DNA of 64,000 bases from Gemmatimonadales bacterium (GCA_052389555.1 JBQTHV010000172.1:326-64325), one strand, 5' to 3'; counted from the first letter of the stretch, positions 10,305-20,044 are shown. Notes: generated by a model from the letters alone, not told the origin. Translations and numbers: made by a program.

Positions 10305-13300
10305 ATGACTGCTCCTCGCGTGCTCTCTAATCTTGCTCTCGGCTTGCTTGCCGCTGGCATGCTGGTCATCCCCGACACGCCCCTGGCCCAGACCCGCAGC
10401 CCCGCGCCTGCTCGGACCCTCGCCTCCGTGACTCTCGATTCGGCGTTTCTCGCAGGATTCCGCTGGCGCAATGTCGGGCCGGACCGGGGCGGGCGCTCGA
10501 TTGCGGTGAGCGGAGTCCGAGGCCGGCGCAACGAGTCGTATTTCGGTGCGACCGGCGGCGGCCTCTGGAAAACGACCGATGGGGGAGAAACCTGGTTCCC
10601 GGTGACCGACAAGCAGATCACCAGTGCCTCGGTCGGTGCGGTGGCGGTGAGCGAGACCAATCCCGATGTCGTCTTCATTGGCACCGGCGAGTCCTGCATT
10701 CGTGGGAACATCATGCCGGGTGACGGGGTCTACCAGAGCACCGATGCGGGGAAGACCTGGACTCACGTCGGGTTCCGCGAGTCCCACGCGATCTCCAAGA
10801 TCCGCATCCACCCCGCCAATCCCGACATCGTCTTCGTGGCCTCTTTCGGGAAGTACAGCGCGCCGAGCTCGGAGCGCGGGGTGTACAAGAGCATGGATGG
10901 CGGGAAGACCTGGCGCCGGGTGCTCTTTCGCGACGACAAGACCGGCGCGGTCGATATCTCGATCGATCGCAACAATCCGAATGTGATCTACGCGGCGCTC
11001 TGGGAAGCGTTCCGCAAGGAATACACGATGTCGAGTGGCGGGCCGGGCAGCGGGCTGTTCAAGAGTACCGACGGGGGTGAGACCTGGACCGAAATCACCC
11101 AGAATCCCGGTTTACCGTCGGGCGTCATCGGCAGGATCGGGGTCGCGGTGTCCGGGGCAAACTCGAATCGCGTGTATGCCCTGGTCGAGAACGAGAACGG
11201 CGGACTGTTCCGGAGCGACGATGCCGGGGCTACCTGGTCGCTGGTCAACGACAACCGGGCGATTCGGCAGCGGGCCTTCTACTACACCCACGTGTTCGCC
11301 GATCCCAAGAACGCCGACGTGGTATACCTGCAGAACACCGCGATGTTCAAGTCGACCGACGGCGGCAAGACCACGACCAACCTCGGCCAGGGAACCCACG
11401 GGGATCATCACGATCTCTGGATCGATCCCGACGACCCGGCTCACCTGGTGGACGGCAATGACGGCGGCGGTGCGATTTCGACGGTCGGCGGTGGCGGCCG
11501 GTGGACCGCGCAGGATTACCCGACCGAGCAGTTTTACCACGTGGTCACGACGAAACACATCCCGTATCACGTGTGCGGCTCTCAGCAGGACAACTCGACC
11601 CTCTGCATTCCGTTCAATTGGAATGCCGGGGGTGCGTTCCGGTTCGGGGGAGGGCCGGGCGGACCGGGCGGACCGGGCGGTCCCCCGCGCGATCCTACGT
11701 CGGGCGGGATGGCGGTCGCGTACCTCGCGGGCGGCGGCGAGCCGGGGTACATCGCGCCGGACCCGCTCGATCCCGACATCTTCTACAGCGGCACCAACAA
11801 CGGCCGCTACGTCGACAAGTACAACCGCCGGCTGGGCACCTCGCGCGAGGTGAATCCCTATCCCTGGTTCTACTCCGGCGAGGCCGCCAGGGACATCCGG
11901 GAGCGCTGGCAGTGGACCTTCCCGATCATCTTCTCCCCGGCAGATCCCGGGACCCTCTACGTGTCCTCGCAGCGGCTCTGGAAGACGACCGACGGGGGAC
12001 GGACCTGGACCGCGCTGAGCGGTGACCTAACCCGGCACGATCCGGCGACGCTGGGGCACTCGGGCGGCCCGATCACCGGCGACATGAACGGGCCCGAAGT
12101 GTATGCGACCATCTTCTCGGTCGGGCCGGGCAAGCGGGACGTGAACGTGATCTGGACCGGCTCGGATGACGGGCTGGTCCACCTGACCCAGGACGGCGGG
12201 AAGACCTGGACCAACGTCACGCCGAAGGAGATGCCCGATCTCGGCCGGGTGAGCCAGATCGACGCGTCGGCGTTCGCTTCGGGTACCGCGTACGTCTCGG
12301 TGCGGCGGCCCCTGCTCGATGACCTTTCACCCTACATCTTCAAGACCCACGACTTCGGGCGCACCTGGACCCGGATCGTGAGCGGGATCCGGCCCGATGC
12401 CTACGTGCACGCGGTTCGCGAAGATCCCACCCGGCGCGGGCTGCTCTACGCTGCGACCCAGCATGGGGTCTACCTCTCGTACGACGACGGCACCAGCTGG
12501 CAGTCGCTCCGGCTCAACATGCCCGACGTGCCGGTGAGCGACCTGATCGTGGAAGGCAACGAGCTCGTGATCGCGAGCCATGGCCGGGGATTCTGGGTGC
12601 TTGACGATATCGCGCCCCTCCGCCAGGCCACGCCCGACGTGCTGGCCCGGCGCGCCCATCTCTTCACGCCTTCGACCGGAGTCCGCTCGGGCACCGGAGT
12701 GACCGTGAGCTGGATGCTCAAGACCGCGCCTAACACGCTCAAGCTCGAAGTGCTGGATTCGACCGGCCAGGTGCTTCGCACCTACACGACCCCGACGCCA
12801 GCCGACTCGGCGGCGGCTGCTCCGGGTGGAGGAGGGGGTGGGGGCGGGGGTCGTTTCGGTGCCACCAGTCCGCTACCCAGGGGAACCGGCATGCAGCGGT
12901 TCACCTGGGACCTCCGTACTCAGGGGATCACCGGATTCCCTGGCATGATCCTGTGGGGCGCAGGTCTCAACGGTCCCGCGGTTCCGCCAGGCCGGTACCA
13001 GCTCCGGCTGACGGCGGATGGCCAGACCCTCACCGCGCCGGTCTCGGTCGTGCGTAACCCGCGGATCACCGAGGTGAGCGACGCCGACCTGCGCGCCCAG
13101 TACGCGTTTTCCAAACGGGTCCGCGACAAGGCCGAGGAGGCCAATCAGGCGGTGATCGCCATCCGTCGCGTCAAGACCCAGCTCGCCGAGCGGCTCAAGC
13201 AGTCGAACGATGCCGCCCTCAAGGCGGCGGGCGACCGGCTGGTCGCGAACACCTCGGCGGTGGAAGAGAACATCTACCAGGTGCGGAATCGAAGCGGGCA

Positions 13301-13532
13301 GGATCCGCTCAACTTCCCGATCAAGGTGAACAACCGCCTGGCGAATCTCCTGTCGATGTCGCAGCGTGGGGATGGGCCGCCGATCAATAACATGCCGGAG
13401 ATCTTTGCGATCCTGTCGGCGGAGCTCAAGCAGTACACCGGCCGGCTGGCGCAGGTCTGGGCGACGGATCTCGTGGCGGTGAATCGGGAGCTCGCCCGGC
13501 TCCGGTTGCCGCCGCTGGATCCGACTAAATAG
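10305..13532 (+). CDS. secreted BNR/Asp-box repeat protein (sortilin/VPS10-like, glycosyl-hydrolase-like beta-propellers)
   Basis: About 1075 aa from ATG 10305 with a signal peptide. Many Asp-box motifs (TTDGGETW, STDAGKTW, SMDGGKTW, STDGGKT, TQDGGKTW, SYDDGTSW). Confidence 0.85.
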   Translation: MTAPRVLSNLALGLLAAGMLVIPDTPLAQTRSPAPARTLASVTLDSAFLAGFRWRNVGPDRGGRSIAVSGVRGRRNESYFGATGGGLWKTTDGGETWFPVTDKQITSASVGAVAVSETNPDVVFIGTGESCIRGNIMPGDGVYQSTDAGKTWTHVGFRESHAISKIRIHPANPDIVFVASFGKYSAPSSERGVYKSMDGGKTWRRVLFRDDKTGAVDISIDRNNPNVIYAALWEAFRKEYTMSSGGPGSGLFKSTDGGETWTEITQNPGLPSGVIGRIGVAVSGANSNRVYALVENENGGLFRSDDAGATWSLVNDNRAIRQRAFYYTHVFADPKNADVVYLQNTAMFKSTDGGKTTTNLGQGTHGDHHDLWIDPDDPAHLVDGNDGGGAISTVGGGGRWTAQDYPTEQFYHVVTTKHIPYHVCGSQQDNSTLCIPFNWNAGGAFRFGGGPGGPGGPGGPPRDPTSGGMAVAYLAGGGEPGYIAPDPLDPDIFYSGTNNGRYVDKYNRRLGTSREVNPYPWFYSGEAARDIRERWQWTFPIIFSPADPGTLYVSSQRLWKTTDGGRTWTALSGDLTRHDPATLGHSGGPITGDMNGPEVYATIFSVGPGKRDVNVIWTGSDDGLVHLTQDGGKTWTNVTPKEMPDLGRVSQIDASAFASGTAYVSVRRPLLDDLSPYIFKTHDFGRTWTRIVSGIRPDAYVHAVREDPTRRGLLYAATQHGVYLSYDDGTSWQSLRLNMPDVPVSDLIVEGNELVIASHGRGFWVLDDIAPLRQATPDVLARRAHLFTPSTGVRSGTGVTVSWMLKTAPNTLKLEVLDSTGQVLRTYTTPTPADSAAAAPGGGGGGGGGRFGATSPLPRGTGMQRFTWDLRTQGITGFPGMILWGAGLNGPAVPPGRYQLRLTADGQTLTAPVSVVRNPRITEVSDADLRAQYAFSKRVRDKAEEANQAVIAIRRVKTQLAERLKQSNDAALKAAGDRLVANTSAVEENIYQVRNRSGQDPLNFPIKVNNRLANLLSMSQRGDGPPINNMPEIFAILSAELKQYTGRLAQVWATDLVAVNRELARLRLPPLDPTK

Positions 13533-13540
13533 GAGATAGT

Positions 13541-13642
13541 GAGCAGGAGGTAGTAAGAAGGGAAAAGCTCTGTCGGTCTCAGGTGATTTCGACCGGGAGG
13601 GTTTGTCCCTGCTTACTACCTCCTACTTACTACCTCCTGCTC
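13541..13642. repeat. zipper hairpin built from AGGAGGTAGTAAG words (family 3)
   Basis: Left arm GAGCAGGAGGTAGTAAGAAGGGA, loop about 40 nt, right arm TCCCTGCTTACTACCTCCTACTTACTACCTCCTGCTC. Lies between convergent genes. Confidence 0.85.
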
Positions 13643-13644
13643 GT

Positions 13645-14220
13645 CTAGCGAATCCGAACCGGACCTCCGAAGGACTGCACTGGGGAGCGGCCGCCCCGGA
13701 GTGGCGGCGCCAGCCGGTTGATGAGCACACCGATGCCGGCACGACCGGTCCCGTGGATCTTGCAGTCGTCGCGCGGCCCACCCATGCCGCCGCGAATCAG
13801 GATCGTCGGCTCCCCGCCCGACCCTCCCCCGGCGGTTGACCCACCCGCGTGACTATTCCCGTTACCCTCTGAGGAAGCGAGCGACAGGGGACCGGCCGGC
13901 ACGGGAACTTCGCTGAGTGCAGGCGCCGCAGCACTCGCAACCGTGGTCACCTGTATCTTGGGAGACAGCTCGAGCTCCGATGACTCCGGCGTCGCGCGAA
14001 CCGCAGTCGACCACCGAACCGGTGCCGAGCGCCGGGCGAGAACCGGCAAGCGCATCCCCTGAGCGACCTCCACTGGTGTAACGACCGCCGAATCGTTCGC
14101 TGCAGTACCCAGGAGCTCGAGGTTCCGTTCCCGGGCCGCGGCTGGCGCATCGGGCTTGGAACATGCGAGAGCGATGAGGCCGGCAAGGGAGACTGCTGTG
14201 ACGAGAAGCGGGGCCTTCAT
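13645..14220 (-). CDS. hypothetical lipoprotein
   Basis: Start at internal ATG 14220 (MKAPLLVTAVSLAGLIALACS, lipobox). Low-complexity Gly/Ser-rich C-terminal half and no recognised family. Confidence 0.5.
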   Translation of the reverse strand: MKAPLLVTAVSLAGLIALACSKPDAPAAARERNLELLGTAANDSAVVTPVEVAQGMRLPVLARRSAPVRWSTAVRATPESSELELSPKIQVTTVASAAAPALSEVPVPAGPLSLASSEGNGNSHAGGSTAGGGSGGEPTILIRGGMGGPRDDCKIHGTGRAGIGVLINRLAPPLRGGRSPVQSFGGPVRIR

Positions 14221-14339
14221 GGAATCCGCCAGGGGAAGGTTGCCAGGGCGAACTGCATATGCCGGACCACCATAGGCGTGCCGCGCAAGCAGCGATGGCA
14301 CATCCGTTTGCGGTGGCTCGACTACTCGGGAGACAAGCC

Positions 14340-14867
14340 ATGATGTACCGTCCGGAGGACAGATTGTCCCGCCGGTGGGACAAGCTCGGCGGGGTCGTTT
14401 TGCTCAGCGGGCTCCTCGCTTGTGCCGGGGGCCCCGAAGGGAGCTCGGCGGTTCCATCCGAGGGCGCGCTGCGCGACACCCTAAAGCATCTGATCGAAGG
14501 AGCCTATGATTTCGGCCAGGCCGGCGTGCTCGAGCGCATGGGGGCGCTGTATCCGGATGCAGGTCGAGTGGTTTCGGCGAGCGGGGGCAAGATCATCGCG
14601 TCGGCCGATTCGCTGCGCGCGGGTCTCCGGACCTTCTGGGAAACGGCGGGCCAGTACATGCAGGACGCGCGGTGGGAATGGGGCGAGGTCCTGGTTGATC
14701 GGCTGGGCCAGGATGCCGCGGTGCTCACGGCTACCTGGCGGATTCCTCACGTGGCGCCGACCGGCAGGCCCCATGTGATCCAGGGTGCGTGGACCGCAGT
14801 ATTCAGGCGGATCAACGGCGAATGGAAGATCGTGGTCGAGCATCTCTCGACGCCGCCGGGTGGGTGA
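14340..14867 (+). CDS. SnoaL-like / DUF4440 (NTF2 fold) protein
   Basis: Start at ATG 14340. C-terminal WTAVFRRINGEWKIVVEHLS is typical of NTF2-like DUF4440 proteins. Confidence 0.6.
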   Translation: MMYRPEDRLSRRWDKLGGVVLLSGLLACAGGPEGSSAVPSEGALRDTLKHLIEGAYDFGQAGVLERMGALYPDAGRVVSASGGKIIASADSLRAGLRTFWETAGQYMQDARWEWGEVLVDRLGQDAAVLTATWRIPHVAPTGRPHVIQGAWTAVFRRINGEWKIVVEHLSTPPGG

Positions 14868-14887
14868 GCTAGTCTCGGTAGCCTAAC

Positions 14888-14920
14888 GGCTCGGCGGCTC
14901 GGCGGCTCGGCGGCTCGGCG
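14888..14920. repeat. four tandem GGCTCGGC octamers
   Basis: GGCTCGGCGGCTCGGCGGCTCGGCGGCTCGGCG, immediately downstream of the DUF4440-like gene. Confidence 0.85.
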
Positions 14921-15000
14921 ACCGGTTTTCGGCGATTGACTCTCCTCATGCCCCCGTTGAAATTGGGCGGTCCATTCAACCCGCAACATTCGTTGTTGCT

Positions 15001-15573
15001 GTGTCGATGAAGTCGTTGCTTTCAACGGCGCAAGCCGATGCTGTGCAGAGTCGCCGAGGTTTTCTTGCTACGATGGCCGTTGGTGGGCTCGCGCTCATCA
15101 AGGCCCCGCGACTCCTCCGCGCGATGGACGCCCCTCGCTCACTGGCCCTGCACCATCTCCACACCGACGAGCGCCTCGCGGTCCAGTATTATGCCGCCGG
15201 CGAGTACGTGCCCCAGGCGCTTCACGAGGTAAATCACCTGTTGCGGGACTGGCGCCGCAACGAGATCCACCCAATCGAACCCGAGCTGCTGGACCTCCTC
15301 AACGAGCTGCACCGCGCCACCGGGAGCAAGGAGCCGTTCGAGGTGATCTGCGGGTATCGGTCACCCCAGACCAACGCCATGCTGCGCCAGCATAGCAAGG
15401 GGGTTGCGTCCAACAGCCTCCACCTGGTCGGAAAGGCCATCGACATCCGGCTCTCCGATGTGCCGCTCAGCCGACTGCGAGACGTGGCCAAGTCCCAGAA
15501 GCGGGGCGGAGTGGGGTACTACCGGGCCTCGAACTTCGTACACGTGGACACAGGGCGGGTCCGGTACTGGTAG
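15001..15573 (+). CDS. DUF882 / peptidase M15A family murein endopeptidase (YcbK/MepK-like), Tat-exported
   Basis: 190-aa ORF with twin-arginine signal SRRGFLATMAVGG and a zinc-peptidase core (SLHLVGKAIDI, FVHVDTG). Confidence 0.85.
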   Translation: MSMKSLLSTAQADAVQSRRGFLATMAVGGLALIKAPRLLRAMDAPRSLALHHLHTDERLAVQYYAAGEYVPQALHEVNHLLRDWRRNEIHPIEPELLDLLNELHRATGSKEPFEVICGYRSPQTNAMLRQHSKGVASNSLHLVGKAIDIRLSDVPLSRLRDVAKSQKRGGVGYYRASNFVHVDTGRVRYW

Positions 15574-15576
15574 TCG

Positions 15577-15661
15577 GACGGCAGGACGGCAGGACGGCAT
15601 GACGGCAAGATGGCAGGTAACTACCCTGAGTCCTGCCATCCTACCGCCCTGCCGTCCTGCC
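15577..15661. repeat. zipper hairpin built from GGCAGGAC octamers (family 6)
   Basis: GACGGCAGGACGGCAGGACGGCATGACGGCAAGATGGCAGG - loop - GTCCTGCCATCCTACCGCCCTGCCGTCCTGCC. The right arm encodes the last codons (GGRTAGR*) of the L,D-transpeptidase. Confidence 0.85.
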
Positions 15662-17176
15662 ACCGGCGAGCTCCCGACCGAGTCGCGCGTCGTGTCCGTA
15701 GATGTCCTCCCCGAACCGAACCGTGCCCTCGGGCTCCGCAAACGCGGTGTTGTAGTAGAGCACCACGGTGAGCGGTCGCGGCAGGTTAACCCGCACTGAG
15801 ATCGGCGCTCCTGGATCCATCGCCGCCGCGATCCGGTCGGGGGGCCAGTCGGAACTGCCCGAGAGTACCCAGGTAGCCAACCCCAGGGGATCTTCGACCC
15901 GTACGCAGCCGTGACTGAAGTCCCGGCGGGTCCGGTCGAACAGCTCTTCGGCCGGCGTCCCATGCAGGTAGATGTTCTGGCTGTTGGGGAAGACGAACTT
16001 GACCGCGCCGAGAGCGTTCTGAGGGCCCGGCCGCTGGCGGATTCGCAGCTCGCCGCTGGCAACCCGGTCGAGCGATCCGGAGGATGGGCGCACCGACTCC
16101 GCCTCGTCGCTCTGGCCGCTCACTATCTCCATGTTGTGCCGGCGGAGGTAGTCGGGATCGCGATCGATCGCCGGAATGATTTCGTTCCGCGCGATCGAGA
16201 GCGGCACGTTCCAGTACGGCCGGAAGATCACGTAGCGCATCTCCTCGATGAAGACCGGCGTCTGGGTATCGAGCGCCTTGCCCACGATGACGCCGGTCCG
16301 GAAGAGTGGGGGCCCCGAAGCGAGCGGCGAGCTCCAGGCGGTGAGCTCGAACATCGGGATATTGACGAGCACGAACGGCTCGTTGGGAAGATCCCTGAGC
16401 CAGCGCAACCGCTCCAGCGCCAGCTCGAGCTGCCTAACCCGCTGCGGCAGAGGGACCCCGAGTGAGTCCTCCGCCGGTTCGTCCAGGGCTCGCTCCCGCG
16501 CCCGGTAGTCGGCGAGGGCCCCGCGAACCAGCCGGTATTGCGCCAGGGCCGGGGTCAAGGCCTCGACCACGGCGGCGACCCCGCCCTGCTCGAGACCATC
16601 CAGCAGGAGCGCCACGTAGTCGTGACGGTCGGCCGGCGGGTCCATCGAGAACCCTACCCGTCGCGGGTTAACCCGGCCGGTATGCAGGTCGCGGAGATAG
16701 CGGAGGAACGCGACGCTGAGCGCGGCATCGAGTTGAGCGACCGCATCCGGCGCCGCTTCCCGTTCGCGCCCCAGCCGGCCGGCCAGGCTGTCGAGCTCGG
16801 GCACTCCGTAGTCAGGCGGCCGCAATCCGTCCGCATCGGCCAGATTGAGCTGGCGGAGCGCGTCCTGCCCGGGGCGGGAGAGCTCACCCTTGGCGGTGGT
16901 CCAGACCGGGGTCCATGCCGCGGTTTCGTAGAGTCGGCGCAGATTGCTCCGCTCCGCCGACGAGGCCCGTAGCCAGACCGGGAGGCCGCGACCGGTGCCG
17001 GCAACTCGGCGGACCGCGGCCGCGACCTCGCTGCGGGAAGGCTGATCCTCCCTCCCGGCGCACCCACCCAGCGTCGCGGCCAGCGCGAGCAGGGCCAGGC
17101 GCAAGCGGCCGAAGCGCCGGGTTAGGCGCCGCCGCCTGGGACGGTCCCCTCGAGCGGATATCCGGCCTGTTGCCAT
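15641..17176 (-). CDS. L,D-transpeptidase (YcbB/LdtD-like, YkuD catalytic domain)
   Basis: Catalytic SHGCVRV motif with an N-terminal PG-binding-like region. Start uncertain: ATG 17176, or TTG 17104 giving MRLALLALAATLGGC. Confidence 0.85.
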   Translation of the reverse strand: MATGRISARGDRPRRRRLTRRFGRLRLALLALAATLGGCAGREDQPSRSEVAAAVRRVAGTGRGLPVWLRASSAERSNLRRLYETAAWTPVWTTAKGELSRPGQDALRQLNLADADGLRPPDYGVPELDSLAGRLGREREAAPDAVAQLDAALSVAFLRYLRDLHTGRVNPRRVGFSMDPPADRHDYVALLLDGLEQGGVAAVVEALTPALAQYRLVRGALADYRARERALDEPAEDSLGVPLPQRVRQLELALERLRWLRDLPNEPFVLVNIPMFELTAWSSPLASGPPLFRTGVIVGKALDTQTPVFIEEMRYVIFRPYWNVPLSIARNEIIPAIDRDPDYLRRHNMEIVSGQSDEAESVRPSSGSLDRVASGELRIRQRPGPQNALGAVKFVFPNSQNIYLHGTPAEELFDRTRRDFSHGCVRVEDPLGLATWVLSGSSDWPPDRIAAAMDPGAPISVRVNLPRPLTVVLYYNTAFAEPEGTVRFGEDIYGHDARLGRELAGGRTAGR

Positions 17177-17253
17177 TCTGCGATCCCGCCCGGGAAATGG
17201 CTCAGGTTGGTGAACCCGGCCCTGGTCCCGTCTGGCTGTCGGCGTTGGCTCCA
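17122..17253 (-). pseudogene. possible rhodanese-domain C-terminal remnant
   Basis: Only the last ~35 codons of ORF 17122..17625 look familial (AGFTNLSHFPGGIAEWQQAGYPLEG). No active-site loop or N-terminal half is present in any frame. Confidence 0.3.
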
Positions 17254-17406
17254 CCCCTTCCATGCCTCCACCCATGGTGACGAAGGAGGGGGAACCCGGG
17301 TGACCGGAGTCGAACGGTTCCGCGACACCGGCGATTGTGCTCCCGGAATAGGCTGGATCGTCCTCCCCCGGGAGTTCTCCATCCACACTTCAGCGGGAGG
17401 CGCGCC

Positions 17407-17574
17407 ATGCAGGTCAAGGATCCGGTCTGCGGGATGACGGTCGAGAACACGGCCGCTCTCAAGTCCACCTACCAGGGGACGACGTACTACTTCTGCAGCG
17501 AGCAGTGCCAGAAGACCTTCGACGCCAATCCGGCTCGGTACGCGACCCCGGCGGGTGCCGAGGCAGGGCGGTAG
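17407..17574 (+). CDS. YHS/TRASH domain metal-binding protein
   Basis: MQVKDPVCGMTV...YYFCSEQCQKTFDANPARY from ATG 17407. Confidence 0.8.
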   Translation: MQVKDPVCGMTVENTAALKSTYQGTTYYFCSEQCQKTFDANPARYATPAGAEAGR

Positions 17575-17710
17575 GACGGAACCACGGTAAGACGGTAGGT
17601 TGGTAGGAGGTTTTGGGCAGCGCAACCTCTTACCGTCTTACCGTCTTACCGTCTTACCGTCTTACCGTCGTCTTACCGTCTTACCGACTTACCGCCTTAC
17701 CGCCTTGCCG
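17567..17710. repeat. zipper hairpin built from CTTACCGT octamers (family 5)
   Basis: The right arm has about 10 tandem CTTACCGN units (17626-17710). The left arm has degenerate complementary ACGGTAAG/GGTAGG units. The right arm encodes the dodecin C-terminal tail. Confidence 0.85.
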
Positions 17711-17917
17711 TTTTTCATCGAGCATGAACGAGATCTTCGCATTCACCCGGTATTCGGTGATCTTGTTGTTCTCTACGGTGGCGGTGAAGTTGTCGACCCA
17801 GACGGACTTGATGCCGTGAAGCGTCTTCGCGGCCTCTTTGACTGCGCGCTTCGCCGCGTCATCCCAGCTGGTCGGCGACTGCGCGATGACTTCGATGACC
17901 TTGACGACGTTGCTCAT
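17681..17917 (-). CDS. dodecin family flavin-binding protein
   Basis: 78-aa ORF. MSNVVKVIEVIAQSPTSWDDAAKRAVKEAAKTLHGIKSVWV...YRVNAKISF matches the dodecin pattern. Confidence 0.8.
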   Translation of the reverse strand: MSNVVKVIEVIAQSPTSWDDAAKRAVKEAAKTLHGIKSVWVDNFTATVENNKITEYRVNAKISFMLDEKRQGGKAVSR

Positions 17918-18145
17918 GACTTGGGCCTCCTGCCCGTAGAGGATTGGAGTTCAAACAGCCTGCGGGAGAGACGACGAGCCCTTGCTAGCGCTGCACGAAG
18001 GGACCGGCCGAGCGCCGAGCCCCTGGCGCCGAGCTTCGTCTAGCGATTCCTCCTCCCAGCGATAGAATAGAGCTTCGGGCCGAAAGTGGCCAACCGGCCC
18101 CGGCCCTGACCGGGTAACCCGGTGTCCTCTCCTGGGAGTTGTCCC

Positions 18146-19402
18146 ATGCGCCCCTGCAGCTTGCTCGGAGTTCTCATCCTGCTCGGCTCTGCGTGTCAGG
18201 CTGGCGCTGGGGGAAGCCGGGCCAGTCCCGTAAGGGTCGTCGACTCCACCACCGACAGCATCATCGTGCAGGTGCGCGGCCCTGTATCTGAAGACGCCGT
18301 GCGACATCTGGTCGAAGAGGTCCGCATCGCCCCGACTGCCGACGACACGACCCTGTTCAGTCAGGTTTCCGAATTCGACGTCGATCCTGCCGGACGCATG
18401 TGGGTCTACGACTTTCAAGTCAACCAGATTCTCCTCTTCGATGCCGCTGGTGGGCTCCTTCGGAGAGTAGGTCGGCAGGGCGCCGGGCCGGGCGAATTCA
18501 ATTCGAACAGCGGGATGGCGGTGCTGGGGGATACGGGACTTGCCATCTGGGATTCGCGGAACGGGCGGGTGTCGTTCTTCTCTGGGGCAGGAGAGTTTCG
18601 GACCAGTTGGCGCATGCCCACCGGGTTCTTCACCAACGACGGGCTCGTGACCGACAGGTCTGGTGCCCTGTTCGTCAAGCAGCCGATTGCCCGTCCGAAG
18701 GAGGGTGAAGTCATCGGGCGCATGGGGTTGGTGCGTTTGGGCGAAGGGGGAACGATGAGGGATTCGTTGAACCCGCCGGACCTCCCGGTCGAGCAGGTTA
18801 ACTATGTCGGCGTGACGAAGGATGGCGGTGCGCGCTCCTCTTACGGCGCCCCCTATGGGCCGTCGTATCACTGGTCCTGGCATCCGGACGGTTACTTCGT
18901 CGTGGGCAACGGCGGATCCTACGAGATTGTATTGGCCCGGCCGAATAGCAAGCCGATCGTGATCAAGCGCGATGTGCCCCGGGTTCCGGTTGCGGAAGAA
19001 GAACGGGGAGAAGGGCGCGCCTGGATCACCTACGGCATACGGCAGACCGTTCGGGACTGGACCTGGTCGGGTCCGGATGTGCCGGCGGTGAAGGCACCCC
19101 TGCGCAGTCTATTCATCGCTCGCGATGGACGCATTTGGGCCACGGTGGCCTTCCCTTCGGAACGAATCCCGGATGCAGAGCTCGCCGTCTCCCGCGATCC
19201 TAACCGGCCGGTCTCCCACTTCCGCACTCCGCTGGTTTGCGAGGTCTTTACGCCAGACGGCCGATTCCTCGGCCGGGTGAGCTTCCCTCCCCGGACCCAT
19301 CTGGTTGAGGCGGATGGCAATACCGTATGGGCCCTCGGTCGCGATGAGAACGACCTGCAAGCAATCGTCCGCTACCGGATCGAGCCTGGATTCGAGCGCT
19401 AG
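18146..19402 (+). CDS. 6-bladed beta-propeller (NHL/TolB-like) secreted protein
   Basis: ATG 18146 (MRPCSLLGVLILLGSAC). Blade signature MWVYDFQVNQILLFDAAGGLLRRVGRQGAGPGEF. Paralog of 1520..2734. Confidence 0.75.
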   Translation: MRPCSLLGVLILLGSACQAGAGGSRASPVRVVDSTTDSIIVQVRGPVSEDAVRHLVEEVRIAPTADDTTLFSQVSEFDVDPAGRMWVYDFQVNQILLFDAAGGLLRRVGRQGAGPGEFNSNSGMAVLGDTGLAIWDSRNGRVSFFSGAGEFRTSWRMPTGFFTNDGLVTDRSGALFVKQPIARPKEGEVIGRMGLVRLGEGGTMRDSLNPPDLPVEQVNYVGVTKDGGARSSYGAPYGPSYHWSWHPDGYFVVGNGGSYEIVLARPNSKPIVIKRDVPRVPVAEEERGEGRAWITYGIRQTVRDWTWSGPDVPAVKAPLRSLFIARDGRIWATVAFPSERIPDAELAVSRDPNRPVSHFRTPLVCEVFTPDGRFLGRVSFPPRTHLVEADGNTVWALGRDENDLQAIVRYRIEPGFER

Positions 19403-20044
19403 CTAGTCGGAAGCGCGAGCGGTATCGTGCTCGACCGGCTCCGGCTTGAAGCGCACCGTCACCGGCTCGCGCAGGGTCACCCTGAGCCGCTGGCCCGCGG
19501 GCAGCACGATATGACCGCCCGGCGTAGCAAGCGCGACCCCGGTGCCGATGACCGCCCCGATCACCGCGCCCTTCACGACGTCGCCGGCGATCGCGCCGAT
19601 CACTCCCCCCGCGACCGCCCCGCCGCCGATCTCGAGCGCGCTCTCCTTGGCGTCACTCTTGCCCTTAACCCGGAACGGCTCGGCGTCCACGGCGTAGCGC
19701 CGGCCTTCGAGCTCGAGCTGGGTGAATCGAATGGTGAGCTGGGGAGCCCCGGAGATCCGGCCGCCACCCTTCGCGTAGGTCACCTCACCGTGCAATGACG
19801 CCCCGGCAGGCAGGGCGAGATCCTCGTAGAGCGCAGTCTGCTGCGCGGTCTTGATTTCGACCCGGTCTCCCGCATCACTCTTTTCGGTGGAGACCGTCTC
19901 CTGCAGCTTGCCTACGAGCCGGGTGCCGGCCGGAATAGTGATCTCGCGCTCGCCTGAACGCGCGACGACCGTGGCGGTCACGATTCCCGCCGCTGCGACC
20001 AGCAATCCCCCGACGATCCATCGGGTCGTTCCGGTGATTTGCAT
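19403..20044 (-). CDS. hypothetical membrane-anchored protein with glycine-zipper segment
   Basis: ATG 20044 (MQITGTTRWIVGGLLVAAAG). C-terminal GGGAVAGGVIGAIAGDVVKGAVIGAVIGTG glycine zipper. Confidence 0.55.
   Translation of the reverse strand: MQITGTTRWIVGGLLVAAAGIVTATVVARSGEREITIPAGTRLVGKLQETVSTEKSDAGDRVEIKTAQQTALYEDLALPAGASLHGEVTYAKGGGRISGAPQLTIRFTQLELEGRRYAVDAEPFRVKGKSDAKESALEIGGGAVAGGVIGAIAGDVVKGAVIGAVIGTGVALATPGGHIVLPAGQRLRVTLREPVTVRFKPEPVEHDTARASD

Noticed and set aside
17122-17625. 167-aa ORF as an intact rhodanese gene
   Set aside because: Only the C-terminal ~35 residues are family-like, and the rest overlaps the YHS gene antisense. It is kept only as a possible remnant.
17567-17710. 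Tandem short repeats considered as a CRISPR array (also at 21163, 40169, 42611, 54977)
   Set aside because: The units are only 7-13 nt and directly abutting, with no unique spacers. They form inverted arrays, and there are no cas genes in the window.
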